Shown: positions 41,653-51,631 of the stretch, piece after piece
How positions within the stretch are numbered: the stretch's first letter is position 1
Layout: each line of letters opens with the position of its first letter
Assembly (NCBI GenBank): GCA_026415215.1
Contig: JAOAHN010000122.1
Coordinates: 11,954-75,953 of the forward strand
Source of the DNA: Candidatus Hydrogenedentota bacterium
GTDB lineage: Bacteria; Hydrogenedentota; Hydrogenedentia; Hydrogenedentales; Hydrogenedentaceae
DNA length: 64,000 nt
Reading direction: 5' to 3'
The notes under the pieces: model-generated
Seen by the model: only the letters and a program-made list of their open reading frames with translations
Database searches by the model: none
Told to the model about the DNA's origin: nothing
Position numbers and translations under genes: made by a program

Positions 41653-41724
41653 ATCTCATCTCCCAATTTTAATTTTAGAGATGAGATGATTATAAAAAAT
41701 ATAGAAACAGATGTCAAGTATTTT

Positions 41725-42984
41725 TCATTGCTTATACTTTGGTGCTTGAAGTTGTTCGTAGACAGGTAACTCTCCTATGAGGGGCTTTAAATATTCTATA
41801 TAGGCCGGAGTTATGTCATTTCCTTCAGAATTGATATAAATATCTTCCATGTATCGAGTTTGCCCACCAATTTTCTCAAGCTTTTCCTCTAAAACGTACT
41901 CAACCGCATAGTTTGCTATTCTTTTTATAGTAACTGACCCAGTTTTTCCCAGTCCCACAGCGAATTGCACTGCTTTTTCTCCAACTTCTCTTGCTTCTCT
42001 TTGGTCTACTTCGCTTACGCAACCGAGGAAGCTTCTCTGTGGATACCCTAATGTATCTGCGCGTGCCCTTAATTTAGAGCCACCAGATGTTTTAATTTTC
42101 AGCTTGATGTACTTTTCAATAATCGTGTCACCCAACGCACCTGTTCCAGATAATTGTTCATGTCCAAATGAGTCTTTCTCTAACTCCTCTTTAATCTTTT
42201 CGAGTAATGTGAGTTTTCTGTCTTCTCCTACTTTTTCTTCGTCTACTGTGATTCCCTCGGAGATTGCGATAATACATCTACCCAATTTTTCGTAAACTTT
42301 CTGTACATCACTTACTATTTTATCTACCGGATTATTTTTAGGAAGAGGTCTCTCAGGTATGTATATTAAGTGTGGGCCATCATCTTCATATTTCCTCCCA
42401 TATGCGGAGGACGCAGTAAGGAATCCGGAGTTTCTTCCCATTACTACAACTAAGTGAATACCTGGTAATGCTTTGTTATCTAAATTGATACCCACGAATG
42501 CTTGCGCTACATACTTCGCCGCAGAAGGAAAGCCTGGACAATGGTCATTTTCCTTCAAGTCGTTGTCAATAGTCTTGGGTACATGAATCAAAGAAATTTC
42601 ATATGCCTCCCCTTTTGCGAATTTATTTATTGTATGACAAGTCTCGGCACTATCATTGCCACCTATATACACAAAATAGCGAATATTATATTTTTTGAAA
42701 ACTTCAAATATTCTTTTGCAGTCATCTTCTTTTGGCTTGTGCCTTGTAGATAGTAGTGCAGATGAGGGAGTCTTTGCTACTGCTTCGAGGTGACCAGAGG
42801 ATAGATTCGTAAGATCCAAGAAAGATTCATCTATTATGCCTTTTACTCCGTGTTTAGCTCCGAAAATTTTTTCTACAGATGAATATTTTCTTGCCTCAGT
42901 TATTACTCCTACGAGACTTTGGTTTATCACTGCGGTGGGTCCTCCACCTTGCGCTACTAATAAATTACCTTTTAGATTACTCAT
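41725..42984 (-). CDS. pfp: Pyrophosphate-dependent 6-phosphofructokinase (long form)
   Basis: 'GGGPTAVINQSLVG', 'YFVYIGGNDSAETC', 'PKTIDNDL' and 'GRNSGFL' motifs. The 419-aa length is typical of PPi-PFK. Confidence 0.8.
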   Translation of the reverse strand: MSNLKGNLLVAQGGGPTAVINQSLVGVITEARKYSSVEKIFGAKHGVKGIIDESFLDLTNLSSGHLEAVAKTPSSALLSTRHKPKEDDCKRIFEVFKKYNIRYFVYIGGNDSAETCHTINKFAKGEAYEISLIHVPKTIDNDLKENDHCPGFPSAAKYVAQAFVGINLDNKALPGIHLVVVMGRNSGFLTASSAYGRKYEDDGPHLIYIPERPLPKNNPVDKIVSDVQKVYEKLGRCIIAISEGITVDEEKVGEDRKLTLLEKIKEELEKDSFGHEQLSGTGALGDTIIEKYIKLKIKTSGGSKLRARADTLGYPQRSFLGCVSEVDQREAREVGEKAVQFAVGLGKTGSVTIKRIANYAVEYVLEEKLEKIGGQTRYMEDIYINSEGNDITPAYIEYLKPLIGELPVYEQLQAPKYKQ

Positions 42985-43086
42985 CTTCGTTATCCTCCTT
43001 CCAATACAATTATTAGATTTTTAGGTGGGACCAGATTATATTATGCCAATCAGCCAATTTGAATATCAAAATATAGTTTTTCTCTT

Positions 43087-44340
43087 TTAGGTGTCATAAC
43101 TTGGCATTTGGACATCCTGTGTATAAATTTCTTTTTGTAAGTCTTCTTCCAGAGAGGAAAGTGCTCTCTTGGCTGATTCTAATAAAGTCCGCTGTTTTTC
43201 ATTTACAGAACCCCATGTCTCGTCCAATAACATTTTTATCGAGTTTCGTAGTGTTGTGAGGTTGGTAAACATTTTAGGTAGGATAGATTCAGAAAATCCC
43301 AATTGAAGTTCCTTTATCCTACTCATTTTCTCGTCTAATTCTTCCTTTTGTTTTTTTACCCAGTTTGCTATCTCTTGAAGTTTCTTCTGCTCTCTCTTAT
43401 CTATTATTAGCGCCAAGTAGAGACGGTTGTGGTTTTTATAAAAACTTCTTACGATGAACTGAACTGGAATTTCCGTTCCGTTAGTAGTGATTATAATAGC
43501 ATCTGTATTTATCTCTCCTGTGGACTTTAACAAGGAAAGATGCTCACCTATCATTAAGTCATCGAAGAAAATACTCCTCACTCTTTTTCCTATCAGAGAA
43601 CTTTCCGTTTCCTGTAAGTATGTAACCAGATGAGAATTTATTTCTGTAATTATCTCATTTTCATCGAATATGATAATGGGTGTTCTTATACTTTCTATTA
43701 TCGATTTTGTTATGTTTTGTGAGTAGACTAATTCCTGTTCGAGTTGGAGAAGCCTTTCTTTCATGCCTTGGTAATAAGTGCTCAGTACCAGAGATATAAC
43801 TCCAGAAAATATGAGTATTACATTTTGGGTAAGGAGCAAGAATGACGCCTGTTCCATACCACTTAGGCTCCATGACCCTATTATGGAAAAGTTATATAGG
43901 ACCAAAATTACTAAGGTAGTTATTATAGGATGTGGTTTTGTCCTTGGATACACAATATGTATGTGCTGAAAAAGTATGTAGCCCACAAAAAGGGGACTGT
44001 ATTCCTCTCCAGTTACCACTATTGAAGAGGTTATAGAAGCCAAGTGTAGTATATAACTCAAGAGGGAACCGAAAAGGACCGGCCTATTAAAATAAAAAAT
44101 TAGATGGGTTATAAGGTTATGTAAAATTATGATGCAAAGGAATGGAAGAAGAACTACCGAGCTTTTAGTATGTAGGCCTGTTATAAGCAATGCTATCATT
44201 ACAAATATCAAAATATATCTCGCAAAAAGGGAAAGCCCTTCAAGAGATACTATTACTTTCAATTCTTCACTCAAGTCGTATGAGGCAGGCTCTCTTTCTT
44301 CAATCCAGAGGCTGAACAATCTTTTTATTCTTAAAAACAT
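43087..44340 (-). CDS. Membrane protein with a PAS domain and C-terminal coiled coil (signalling protein, no kinase domain seen)
   Basis: Five or six N-terminal TM helices. A PAS-like segment 'IESIRTPIIIFDENEIITEINSHLVTYLQETESSLIGKRV'. C-terminal helical region. No HATPase motifs. Confidence 0.45.
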   Translation of the reverse strand: MFLRIKRLFSLWIEEREPASYDLSEELKVIVSLEGLSLFARYILIFVMIALLITGLHTKSSVVLLPFLCIIILHNLITHLIFYFNRPVLFGSLLSYILHLASITSSIVVTGEEYSPLFVGYILFQHIHIVYPRTKPHPIITTLVILVLYNFSIIGSWSLSGMEQASFLLLTQNVILIFSGVISLVLSTYYQGMKERLLQLEQELVYSQNITKSIIESIRTPIIIFDENEIITEINSHLVTYLQETESSLIGKRVRSIFFDDLMIGEHLSLLKSTGEINTDAIIITTNGTEIPVQFIVRSFYKNHNRLYLALIIDKREQKKLQEIANWVKKQKEELDEKMSRIKELQLGFSESILPKMFTNLTTLRNSIKMLLDETWGSVNEKQRTLLESAKRALSSLEEDLQKEIYTQDVQMPSYDT

Positions 44341-44426
44341 ATAGAAGCTCTGAAAATTTTGAATTATTTTAGTAAGTTGTAATAGTCTAATTTTATCAAA
44401 ATTTGTTTTGTAAGAGGAGAGATATT

Positions 44427-45869
44427 ATGTCAGTAAAGGTAGCAATGATAGGTGCAGGAAGTGTGGTTTTCTGTAAAACTCTGTTTATGGATATTGTTTC
44501 TGTCCCTGCTTTTCAAGACGCAGAGTTTTGGTTTATGAGTCCCACTCGAAAGAAGTTAGAAAGAATGAAAAATTTTGCAGATAGGGTAGCAAAAGATAAT
44601 GGGTTGAAAGTAAGAAGTTACATTACTCAAGATAGGCGAGAAGCATTAAACCAAGCTGATTATGTTATTGCTATGTTACAAATAGGTGGGGTAAATGCTT
44701 TTAAGTATGATTATGAAATTCCATTGAAATACGGGGTTGACCAGTGTATTGGGGACACAATGGGACCAGGAGGTATTTTCCGAGCACTAAGAACTATTCC
44801 TGTTATGATAGATTTGGCTAATGATATGATGGAGCTATGTCCTAACGCATATCTCCTGAATTATGTGAACCCTATGGCTATGGTCTGTTGGGCTTTAGGA
44901 AAAGTAGAGGGGCTTAAATTTGTGGGGTTGTGTCATGGGGTGCAGACCACTCTCGACTTAATAGCTGGATATGTAGATGTTCCCAAGGAAGAGATTGATT
45001 ATTTGGTTGCAGGAATTAATCACATGGCATGGTTCTTGAGAATAGAACATAAAGGGAAAGATTTGTACCCTATTTTTAAATTAAGATGTGAACAGCCTGA
45101 ATATTATGTTAATGAGAAAGTAAGAATAGAAGTGATGAGACATTTCGGATACTTTATGACAGAAAGCACGGGACATCTTTCTGAGTATATCCCTTGGTTT
45201 AGAAGTCATGAAAGAACATTAAAAGCCTATTGTGACGAGCCCTCTTTTGGGGGAGAGTCTGGAGCATACTATAAGTGGTGTAAACTTATCGCTGAAAAGC
45301 TCGAAAATGAAGATCTATTAGAAGGTGAGCCCACTAATCTACCTCAGAGAAGTGTTGAGTATTGTTCGTATATTTTGGAGGCACTTAGGACTGGTAAAGT
45401 TTTTAAATTCCAGGGAAATGTTAAGAACGACAACTATATAACTAATTTACCGTATGGGTGTTGTGTAGAAATACCCGTTTTTGCAGATAAGATGGGCTTA
45501 CACCCTACCCATATAGGGAATCTTCCCATTCAATGTGCAGCTCTAAATATGACCAATGTGAATGTTCAAGGATTGGCTGTTGATGCGGCGATAAAGGGTG
45601 ACCCTGAATTAGTGGTTACTGCATGTGCACTTGACCCTCTAACTTCTGCTTGCCTTTCATTAAAGGAGACGAGAGATATGGTAGCGGAAATGTTAGAAGC
45701 GGAGCAGACTTGGTTACCTCAATTTGCAGGAAAATCCCTGAGAGCTACACCTTCCATCACTATTCCAAAAGATGTCAAAAGGGCAAAGGTTCCACTTGAT
45801 CCTGCACTGGCTGTAGCGCATAGGTTTGCAGACTTAGCAGAAAGAGCGATTAAGGTAGAAAGATCCTAA
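44427..45869 (+). CDS. Glycoside hydrolase family 4 (NAD+/Mn-dependent alpha-galactosidase/glucosidase)
   Basis: Start re-set to ATG 44427 (GGAGAG Shine-Dalgarno). Rossmann 'KVAMIGAGSVVF'. GH4 signature 'VGLCHGV'. 'NHMAWF' motif. Confidence 0.8.
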   Translation: MSVKVAMIGAGSVVFCKTLFMDIVSVPAFQDAEFWFMSPTRKKLERMKNFADRVAKDNGLKVRSYITQDRREALNQADYVIAMLQIGGVNAFKYDYEIPLKYGVDQCIGDTMGPGGIFRALRTIPVMIDLANDMMELCPNAYLLNYVNPMAMVCWALGKVEGLKFVGLCHGVQTTLDLIAGYVDVPKEEIDYLVAGINHMAWFLRIEHKGKDLYPIFKLRCEQPEYYVNEKVRIEVMRHFGYFMTESTGHLSEYIPWFRSHERTLKAYCDEPSFGGESGAYYKWCKLIAEKLENEDLLEGEPTNLPQRSVEYCSYILEALRTGKVFKFQGNVKNDNYITNLPYGCCVEIPVFADKMGLHPTHIGNLPIQCAALNMTNVNVQGLAVDAAIKGDPELVVTACALDPLTSACLSLKETRDMVAEMLEAEQTWLPQFAGKSLRATPSITIPKDVKRAKVPLDPALAVAHRFADLAERAIKVERS

Positions 45870-45907
45870 TGTTGGCTTTGAAAAGAATTAGATGTCAGGA
45901 ATTGACA

Positions 45908-47182
45908 ATGATGAGAAGAAGAGATTTTTTGAAGAAGACATCAAGTTTGTTTTTTTTGAGTAGTAGTTCATATTTTTCGAAGGCACTTGGAAATTCTCAG
46001 TCATTGTCTAATTCGGTAAGGATTGCAGTTATTGGCACTGGAGGTATGGGCACCCGTCATTTAGAAGCATTAGCAGTAAATCCTCAATGTGTGATTCTTG
46101 CTGTATGCGATGTTGCAAAAAGTAGATATTACGAGGCTATAAAGATAGTGGAGAATTTAAGTAATAAAACACCGGATGGTTATCAAGATTTTAGAAGAGT
46201 TTTGGAGCGTTCTGACATAGATGCAGTTTTTGTTGCTACACCTGACCATTGGCATCCATTAATTACAATCATGGCATGTAAAGCAGGGAAAGATGTGTAT
46301 GTTGAGAAACCTGTGTGCACTACTATTCAAGAAGGTCGTGCGATGGTAGACACTGCTCGAAGGTATGGTCGGGTAGTTCAAGTAGGGACTCAACAAAGAT
46401 CTATGCCTGTTTTCCAAAAAGCTATGCATCTAATTCATTCCGGAGTTATAGGAACCATAACATCCGCGAGAGCGTGGGTCGGGGTTAACGAGTGGAAAGC
46501 CGGTGAGAAGATTGAACCTATTCCGAAAGGGCTGGATTGGGATTTATGGCTCGGTCCTGCGCCCTATGTGCCTTTTTCTAAGGAAAGATTTGTAGGGTTT
46601 ATGGGCTTTTTCGATTATGCAAGAGGAGGCCAGCTTACAAATTGGGGGATACATTTAATGGATGTTGTTCACTGGGGAATTCAGCAGGATTCTCCTCTGA
46701 CGGTATACGCAAGTGGTGGTAGTTATCGGCAGGGAGCAGGAGCAGATAACTACGAGACTATAGAAGCGGTATTTGAGTATCCCGGTTGTCTCGTTACATG
46801 GGAACAAAGACACTCGAGCACACATGGGAATAAAGCATATGGAATAGCTTTTTATGGAACTGAGGGGGCGTTATTTATCGACAGAAATTCTTTTATTATA
46901 AAGCCTGATTCAAAAGGTATTCCGGAGTTTATAGGGGAACCAGAGAAAAGTTGGGCAAATCCACAGCATCATAATAATTTCTTCGAGTGTATTCGAACAA
47001 GAAATATTCCGGTTGCGGATATTGAACAAGGTTTCAGGTCTACTTCTGCGGTATTACTTGCAGGGATTTCTTTGAGATGCAAAAGAAAGTTGGTATGGGA
47101 TAAAAACACAGAGAGATTTGTAAACGATTCAGATGCTAATAAGTATCTAATCCGAGCATATAGGCCTCCTTGGCATCTCTAA
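45908..47182 (+). CDS. Gfo/Idh/MocA-family NAD-dependent oxidoreductase with Tat signal (GH109-like)
   Basis: Start re-set to ATG 45908 ('MMRRRDFLKKTSSLFF...'). Rossmann 'VRIAVIGTGGMGTRH'. 'ATPDHWHPLITIMACKAGKDVYVEKP'. Confidence 0.75.
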   Translation: MMRRRDFLKKTSSLFFLSSSSYFSKALGNSQSLSNSVRIAVIGTGGMGTRHLEALAVNPQCVILAVCDVAKSRYYEAIKIVENLSNKTPDGYQDFRRVLERSDIDAVFVATPDHWHPLITIMACKAGKDVYVEKPVCTTIQEGRAMVDTARRYGRVVQVGTQQRSMPVFQKAMHLIHSGVIGTITSARAWVGVNEWKAGEKIEPIPKGLDWDLWLGPAPYVPFSKERFVGFMGFFDYARGGQLTNWGIHLMDVVHWGIQQDSPLTVYASGGSYRQGAGADNYETIEAVFEYPGCLVTWEQRHSSTHGNKAYGIAFYGTEGALFIDRNSFIIKPDSKGIPEFIGEPEKSWANPQHHNNFFECIRTRNIPVADIEQGFRSTSAVLLAGISLRCKRKLVWDKNTERFVNDSDANKYLIRAYRPPWHL

Positions 47183-47213
47183 GAATCTTAACTGAGTAGA
47201 GGAAGTTTTAAAC

Positions 47214-49292
47214 ATGTGTTTTTTTGAAATTGTCTCTATTGCGTTGATGTTTTTTTCACCTTCAGATTTTGATACTTCTCTCTCGGTAGAGCTACTTATT
47301 CAGAAACTTAGCTCTAAGAGTGAGTTAGATCATGCTATAGCTCGTCAGCTTTTGTCTTTAAAAAATCCAGTGGTAGTGGTGCCTAAAATTTTGCCTTTCT
47401 TGGAATCGGAGGATCCTGACATTAAAGGAACTACAAGGAACATTCTCATAGATTTAGCAAATGATTCTAAAAAGTGGGGAGGTGATGTAAGAAAAAATTT
47501 GTCGCACATATTAATCGAGTCTTTTTTAGATTCGAAGAGATCTACTTCTGCAAGAGAAGATATTCTAAAAGCATTGATTTTTACAGTTGACGATGAAGTT
47601 GATCTATTACCCCTAAAAGAGTATCTCATTAACGAGGAGTGGAGAGAGAAAATCAGAACCGCATTAGTCGAAGCTAATACTAAACCAGCTAAGAGTTTGT
47701 TATGTGATTCTTTAGATGTATTGGATGATAAGGCAAAATCAGCGATACTTTTAGGTTTATATCAATTGGATGGGGTTCCCTGTGAAGAGAAAGTAATTTC
47801 TCTCCTATCTTCCTCCAATCCTGAACTCCGAGCCTCTGCAGTTCTAAGCCTTTCGAATACCCCTTCGCCTATTTATGCAGAAAAAATATTTCAAGTATGT
47901 GTACTGGAGCCTGAAATTAGTGATTATTACCAACAAAATTGGGATAGTCTATTAAGAATTACTGAGAGAATACTACAAACAGGTGGGAATTGGAGTTATG
48001 CTATAAACCTGTATAAAAAAATACTGGCCTTTTCTAAATCTCAATCAATAGTTTGTTCCGCAATATTTGGATTGGGAAGATACGGTGATGACAGTGTGGC
48101 TGAATTCCTATCGGAATTGGTTATTACCTCAGAAGGAGAAAAGAAGAAGTGTGCAATGTGTGCCTTATCCCAGATTAGCTCCAAGGGGATTGCTGATAAG
48201 TTACTAAATTTGTGTGGTAGGTTATCACTCGAAGAGCAGGCTATGCTATTGCCTGGTTTATTGAGGGAAAATAATAGGGAAATTAATGAAACTGTTATTA
48301 ATATTCTGTCTACGCCTATAGGAAAGGAGAAGTTTATAAATTCCTTTTGGGAAGAACCGAATTGTAACTATCTCAACTATTTAACATATCTGGATAAAGA
48401 TATAACTGAGATTCAAAGAAATAAAATTATTCAATCCCTCTGGAAATATGTTTCTACTAATACAGAAGAAAATCAAGAGTGTAAAGGAAAAGCATATATG
48501 CTCCTTTATAAAATGGCTCCTCCAGATGAGAAACCTTATGCTATGTCAGGCTTGAAGAAATTTCCAATTACGGAAGTTACACAGGACCTTCTCCAAGATA
48601 TTTTGAAAGAAGGATATGATAGTTTACCATTTCCGCTCTTATTCGAATTGTATGGAGCTTTGCCCAACGAAGACGAAAGAAAAGGTAGATTAAAGGGTTT
48701 GTTAATATCTCAAATAAAAGAATCTTCATTAGAACTTATTTTGTCTATCGTTAGTGAGAGTAAATATTTAGATAATTTTCCATCTCTCGCAGGTTTTATC
48801 ACTTCTTGGAAACTAATAGGACCTTTTCCTTGGAGCTTCGGAGAGGGGATAGATTCCGATTACGGAGTTTTGAATGCTGTTGAGGGGAATAAAGGGGTTG
48901 AATTCAGGGGGAAAAGATTTGAATGGAAAAGTGTTAAGACTGAGGGATGGGGGTATGTAAACTTAATGCATTTGTGTGAGGGGAAAGACGAGGAATGTTC
49001 AAATATTTGTGCATTTGCTTTGGCAAATATAAAAATTACAGAAGCTCAAGAATCCTACTTGCTCTTAGGAAGTGACGATGGATATAGACTTTGGGTCAAC
49101 GGTGAATTAATAGATGCGAAAAATGTAGATAGAGGAATGAAGGTAGATGAAGAAAAATTGCCCATAAAGCTCTTGCCTGGTTCTAATAAGATTTTACTTC
49201 AGATTACGCAAATAAGGGGAGGGTGGAATTTTTGTGCGAGATTAGTAGATAAGGAAAACAAACCACTTAAGTTTGAAATGGAAGGAAACTAA
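47214..49292 (+). CDS. HEAT/ARM-repeat protein with a C-terminal PA14-like domain
   Basis: The N-terminal ~500 aa are helical repeats. The C-terminal 'LLLGSDDGYRLWVNGELI' is a PA14-type motif. Confidence 0.45.
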   Translation: MCFFEIVSIALMFFSPSDFDTSLSVELLIQKLSSKSELDHAIARQLLSLKNPVVVVPKILPFLESEDPDIKGTTRNILIDLANDSKKWGGDVRKNLSHILIESFLDSKRSTSAREDILKALIFTVDDEVDLLPLKEYLINEEWREKIRTALVEANTKPAKSLLCDSLDVLDDKAKSAILLGLYQLDGVPCEEKVISLLSSSNPELRASAVLSLSNTPSPIYAEKIFQVCVLEPEISDYYQQNWDSLLRITERILQTGGNWSYAINLYKKILAFSKSQSIVCSAIFGLGRYGDDSVAEFLSELVITSEGEKKKCAMCALSQISSKGIADKLLNLCGRLSLEEQAMLLPGLLRENNREINETVINILSTPIGKEKFINSFWEEPNCNYLNYLTYLDKDITEIQRNKIIQSLWKYVSTNTEENQECKGKAYMLLYKMAPPDEKPYAMSGLKKFPITEVTQDLLQDILKEGYDSLPFPLLFELYGALPNEDERKGRLKGLLISQIKESSLELILSIVSESKYLDNFPSLAGFITSWKLIGPFPWSFGEGIDSDYGVLNAVEGNKGVEFRGKRFEWKSVKTEGWGYVNLMHLCEGKDEECSNICAFALANIKITEAQESYLLLGSDDGYRLWVNGELIDAKNVDRGMKVDEEKLPIKLLPGSNKILLQITQIRGGWNFCARLVDKENKPLKFEMEGN

Positions 49293-49294
49293 TT

Positions 49295-50461
49295 ATGAGA
49301 GCATTCATGTTTTGGATAGGAACCTTTTGCCTATGTTGTACCCAAGGGACCTTGATTGCAGATGAGGAAACCTATCTTCTTTTCAAGAAAGAAAAGATTG
49401 GAAATGCCATATTTGAATCTGCTTCAGTTTTCGATGTGAATAAAGATGGATACTTAGATATTGTATCTGGAGAATTTTGGTACGAGGGACCCGAGTTAGA
49501 AAAGTCTCACAGGATTACATACTTGGAGCCTATAGATGACTATTACGACAACTTTTCTGACTTTCCAATGGATGTAAATGGAGATGGGTATCTTGATGTA
49601 GTAACTGGAGGTTGGTGGGGAAAAACTCTACGCTGGAGAGAGAACCCGGGGAAGGAAGAAAAAAATTGGGTTACTCACGATGTAGAAGAAGTAGGAAATA
49701 TAGAAAGATGCTTGTTTTGTGATTTGGACAATAGCGGAATTCCAGAGGTCATTCCTATAACTAAACCAGTATTAATTTTCAAATTAAAATTTACCGAGAA
49801 TGGGAAACCAGCAGGTGGATTTGAAAAAATTGTTATCGAGACTGAAGGTGGGGGAGGTCATGGAATAGGATGTGGAGATGTTGACGGTGATGGGAGTATT
49901 GACCTTGTGTTTTCAGGAGGCTGGCTTAAATCTCCTCAAAATCCGTACGATACTAAGGGTTGGAAGTGGTTTCCTGAGTTTAACCTTGGGTCAGCGAGCG
50001 TTCCTATTTTAGTGTTCGATGTTAACGAGGACGGCCTTAACGACTTAATAGTGGGCTCTGCTCATGATTATGGGTTATTTTGGTATGAGCAAAGGAAGGA
50101 TGGAGAGGCTAAACGGGAATGGGTAAAACACGATATAGATAAGTTTCGCTCCCAATATCATGATATTCAGCTCCACGACATCGATAATGATGGCAAGTTA
50201 GAATTAGTCACAGGCAAGAGGTACAGGGCTCATGCTTTTCATGACCCTGGTTCAAAGGATCCATTAGGCGTTTATTATTTCAAAATCACTAATGGAAAAT
50301 TTGAGAGATATACCATTGATTACGGACCTGCAGACAGAGCAAGCGGTGTAGGAATATATTTTTGGGTGGAAGATATAGATAAGAATGGCTGGAAAGATAT
50401 AGTAGCTCCGGGAAAAGAAGGACTGTACTTGTTCCGTAATTATGGACTGATTCCGAAATAG
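49295..50461 (+). CDS. Secreted FG-GAP repeat beta-propeller protein
   Basis: Signal peptide. Seven 'D-x-[DN]-x-DG-x-x-[DE]' repeats: 'DVNKDGYLDIV', 'DVNGDGYLDVV', 'DLDNSGIPEVI', 'DVDGDGSIDLV', 'DVNEDGLNDLI', 'DIDNDGKLELV', 'DIDKNGWKDIV'. Confidence 0.7.
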   Translation: MRAFMFWIGTFCLCCTQGTLIADEETYLLFKKEKIGNAIFESASVFDVNKDGYLDIVSGEFWYEGPELEKSHRITYLEPIDDYYDNFSDFPMDVNGDGYLDVVTGGWWGKTLRWRENPGKEEKNWVTHDVEEVGNIERCLFCDLDNSGIPEVIPITKPVLIFKLKFTENGKPAGGFEKIVIETEGGGGHGIGCGDVDGDGSIDLVFSGGWLKSPQNPYDTKGWKWFPEFNLGSASVPILVFDVNEDGLNDLIVGSAHDYGLFWYEQRKDGEAKREWVKHDIDKFRSQYHDIQLHDIDNDGKLELVTGKRYRAHAFHDPGSKDPLGVYYFKITNGKFERYTIDYGPADRASGVGIYFWVEDIDKNGWKDIVAPGKEGLYLFRNYGLIPK

Positions 50462-50470
50462 TCCCGGCCA

Positions 50471-50884
50471 ATGTCTAAAGGGAAAAGAATGGTAAGTGTT
50501 AAAAATAGGGTGATAAAACTTGTTATCGCGATAATTGTGGCAATAAATCTCGGTTTGTTAGAAGCAGCCTGGACTACTCCCGTTGCTCCAGGGGCTGTAA
50601 AAGCAGGATTAGGATGTTTCGCCATAGGGGTTATTCTAACGGTGGTTTCTTATCCTTATATTTGGTGGGTACCCGGCTTAAGTATGGTTGAGGAGTTTGT
50701 TCAAGTATTTGTAGGTAGTGAGGGCAATTGGATGCCTAATTCTGATTGGATTTTTCATCATTGGTCTGCCGGATACTTCGGAATTAACCTTTATCCAGTT
50801 ATATCGTTTCCTCTGTTTAGTTTTGTAATTGAGGCATGCTATAAACTTTGGAGAAAGAATGAAAATATAAATAAATGTTGTTAG
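50471..50884 (+). CDS. Hypothetical membrane protein
   Basis: 137 aa with 3-4 TM segments. No domain recognised. Confidence 0.3.
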   Translation: MSKGKRMVSVKNRVIKLVIAIIVAINLGLLEAAWTTPVAPGAVKAGLGCFAIGVILTVVSYPYIWWVPGLSMVEEFVQVFVGSEGNWMPNSDWIFHHWSAGYFGINLYPVISFPLFSFVIEACYKLWRKNENINKCC

Positions 50885-50932
50885 CGTTTTTTTCGTAACC
50901 CGGATGAATTTCTAATTTTGGCAAGCGCCTCG

Positions 50933-51541
50933 TTATTTATCGAACTTATTTATGATAACTACTTCTTCGTAAGATAGCTGTCCCGCTCTTGGCCAAGCAG
51001 GTTTGACCGCTTTTCCAATGGCAATCATCATACCTATGACATGGTCCTCAGGGAGATTTATAAGTTTTCCAACTGCTTCAAAGTCAAAGCCAATCATCGG
51101 ACATGAATCGTATCCCATTGCTTTCGCTATTAACATTATAGTCTGTCCCGCAATTCCGCATGAACGCATTGCCTCGTCTCTTTGAACTTGCTCTCTGCCT
51201 CTATAGAAGCTATCTATTGCGGGGACAACAAATTTTTTTACCTCTTCTGGTGCGTTTTTCCAATATCTTTCTGGATTTTTCTCCCATGCCTTGACATCGG
51301 CACATAAGACTATGAGTAGAGAAGAATCGGTTACTTGTGGCTGATTCCATGCAACTTCTCTTATTTTTCTTCTTAACTCTTTATCTTGAATTAGTACAAA
51401 TCTCCAATGTTGAATATTGAACGAAGTGGGGGAAAGCATAGCGTAGCTTAGCAATCTTTTTATTTCATCTTCATCAATCTTAAATTCTGGATCAAAATGC
51501 TTTACTGCTCTTCTTGCTTCTACCGCTGAAAAGACATCCAT
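50933..51541 (-). CDS. Nitroreductase-family protein
   Basis: 'AMLSPTSFNIQHWRFVLIQD' matches the nitroreductase 'SAPS..N.QPWRF' motif. Length 202 aa. Confidence 0.7.
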   Translation of the reverse strand: MDVFSAVEARRAVKHFDPEFKIDEDEIKRLLSYAMLSPTSFNIQHWRFVLIQDKELRRKIREVAWNQPQVTDSSLLIVLCADVKAWEKNPERYWKNAPEEVKKFVVPAIDSFYRGREQVQRDEAMRSCGIAGQTIMLIAKAMGYDSCPMIGFDFEAVGKLINLPEDHVIGMMIAIGKAVKPAWPRAGQLSYEEVVIINKFDK

Positions 51542-51631
51542 ACATTGCTCCTTTCCAAGTATTATTAAAAATCTCTATCGCTCCTTATTAACATACTATT
51601 GGTTCCAGATTATTTCTCACAAGTGAAAATA

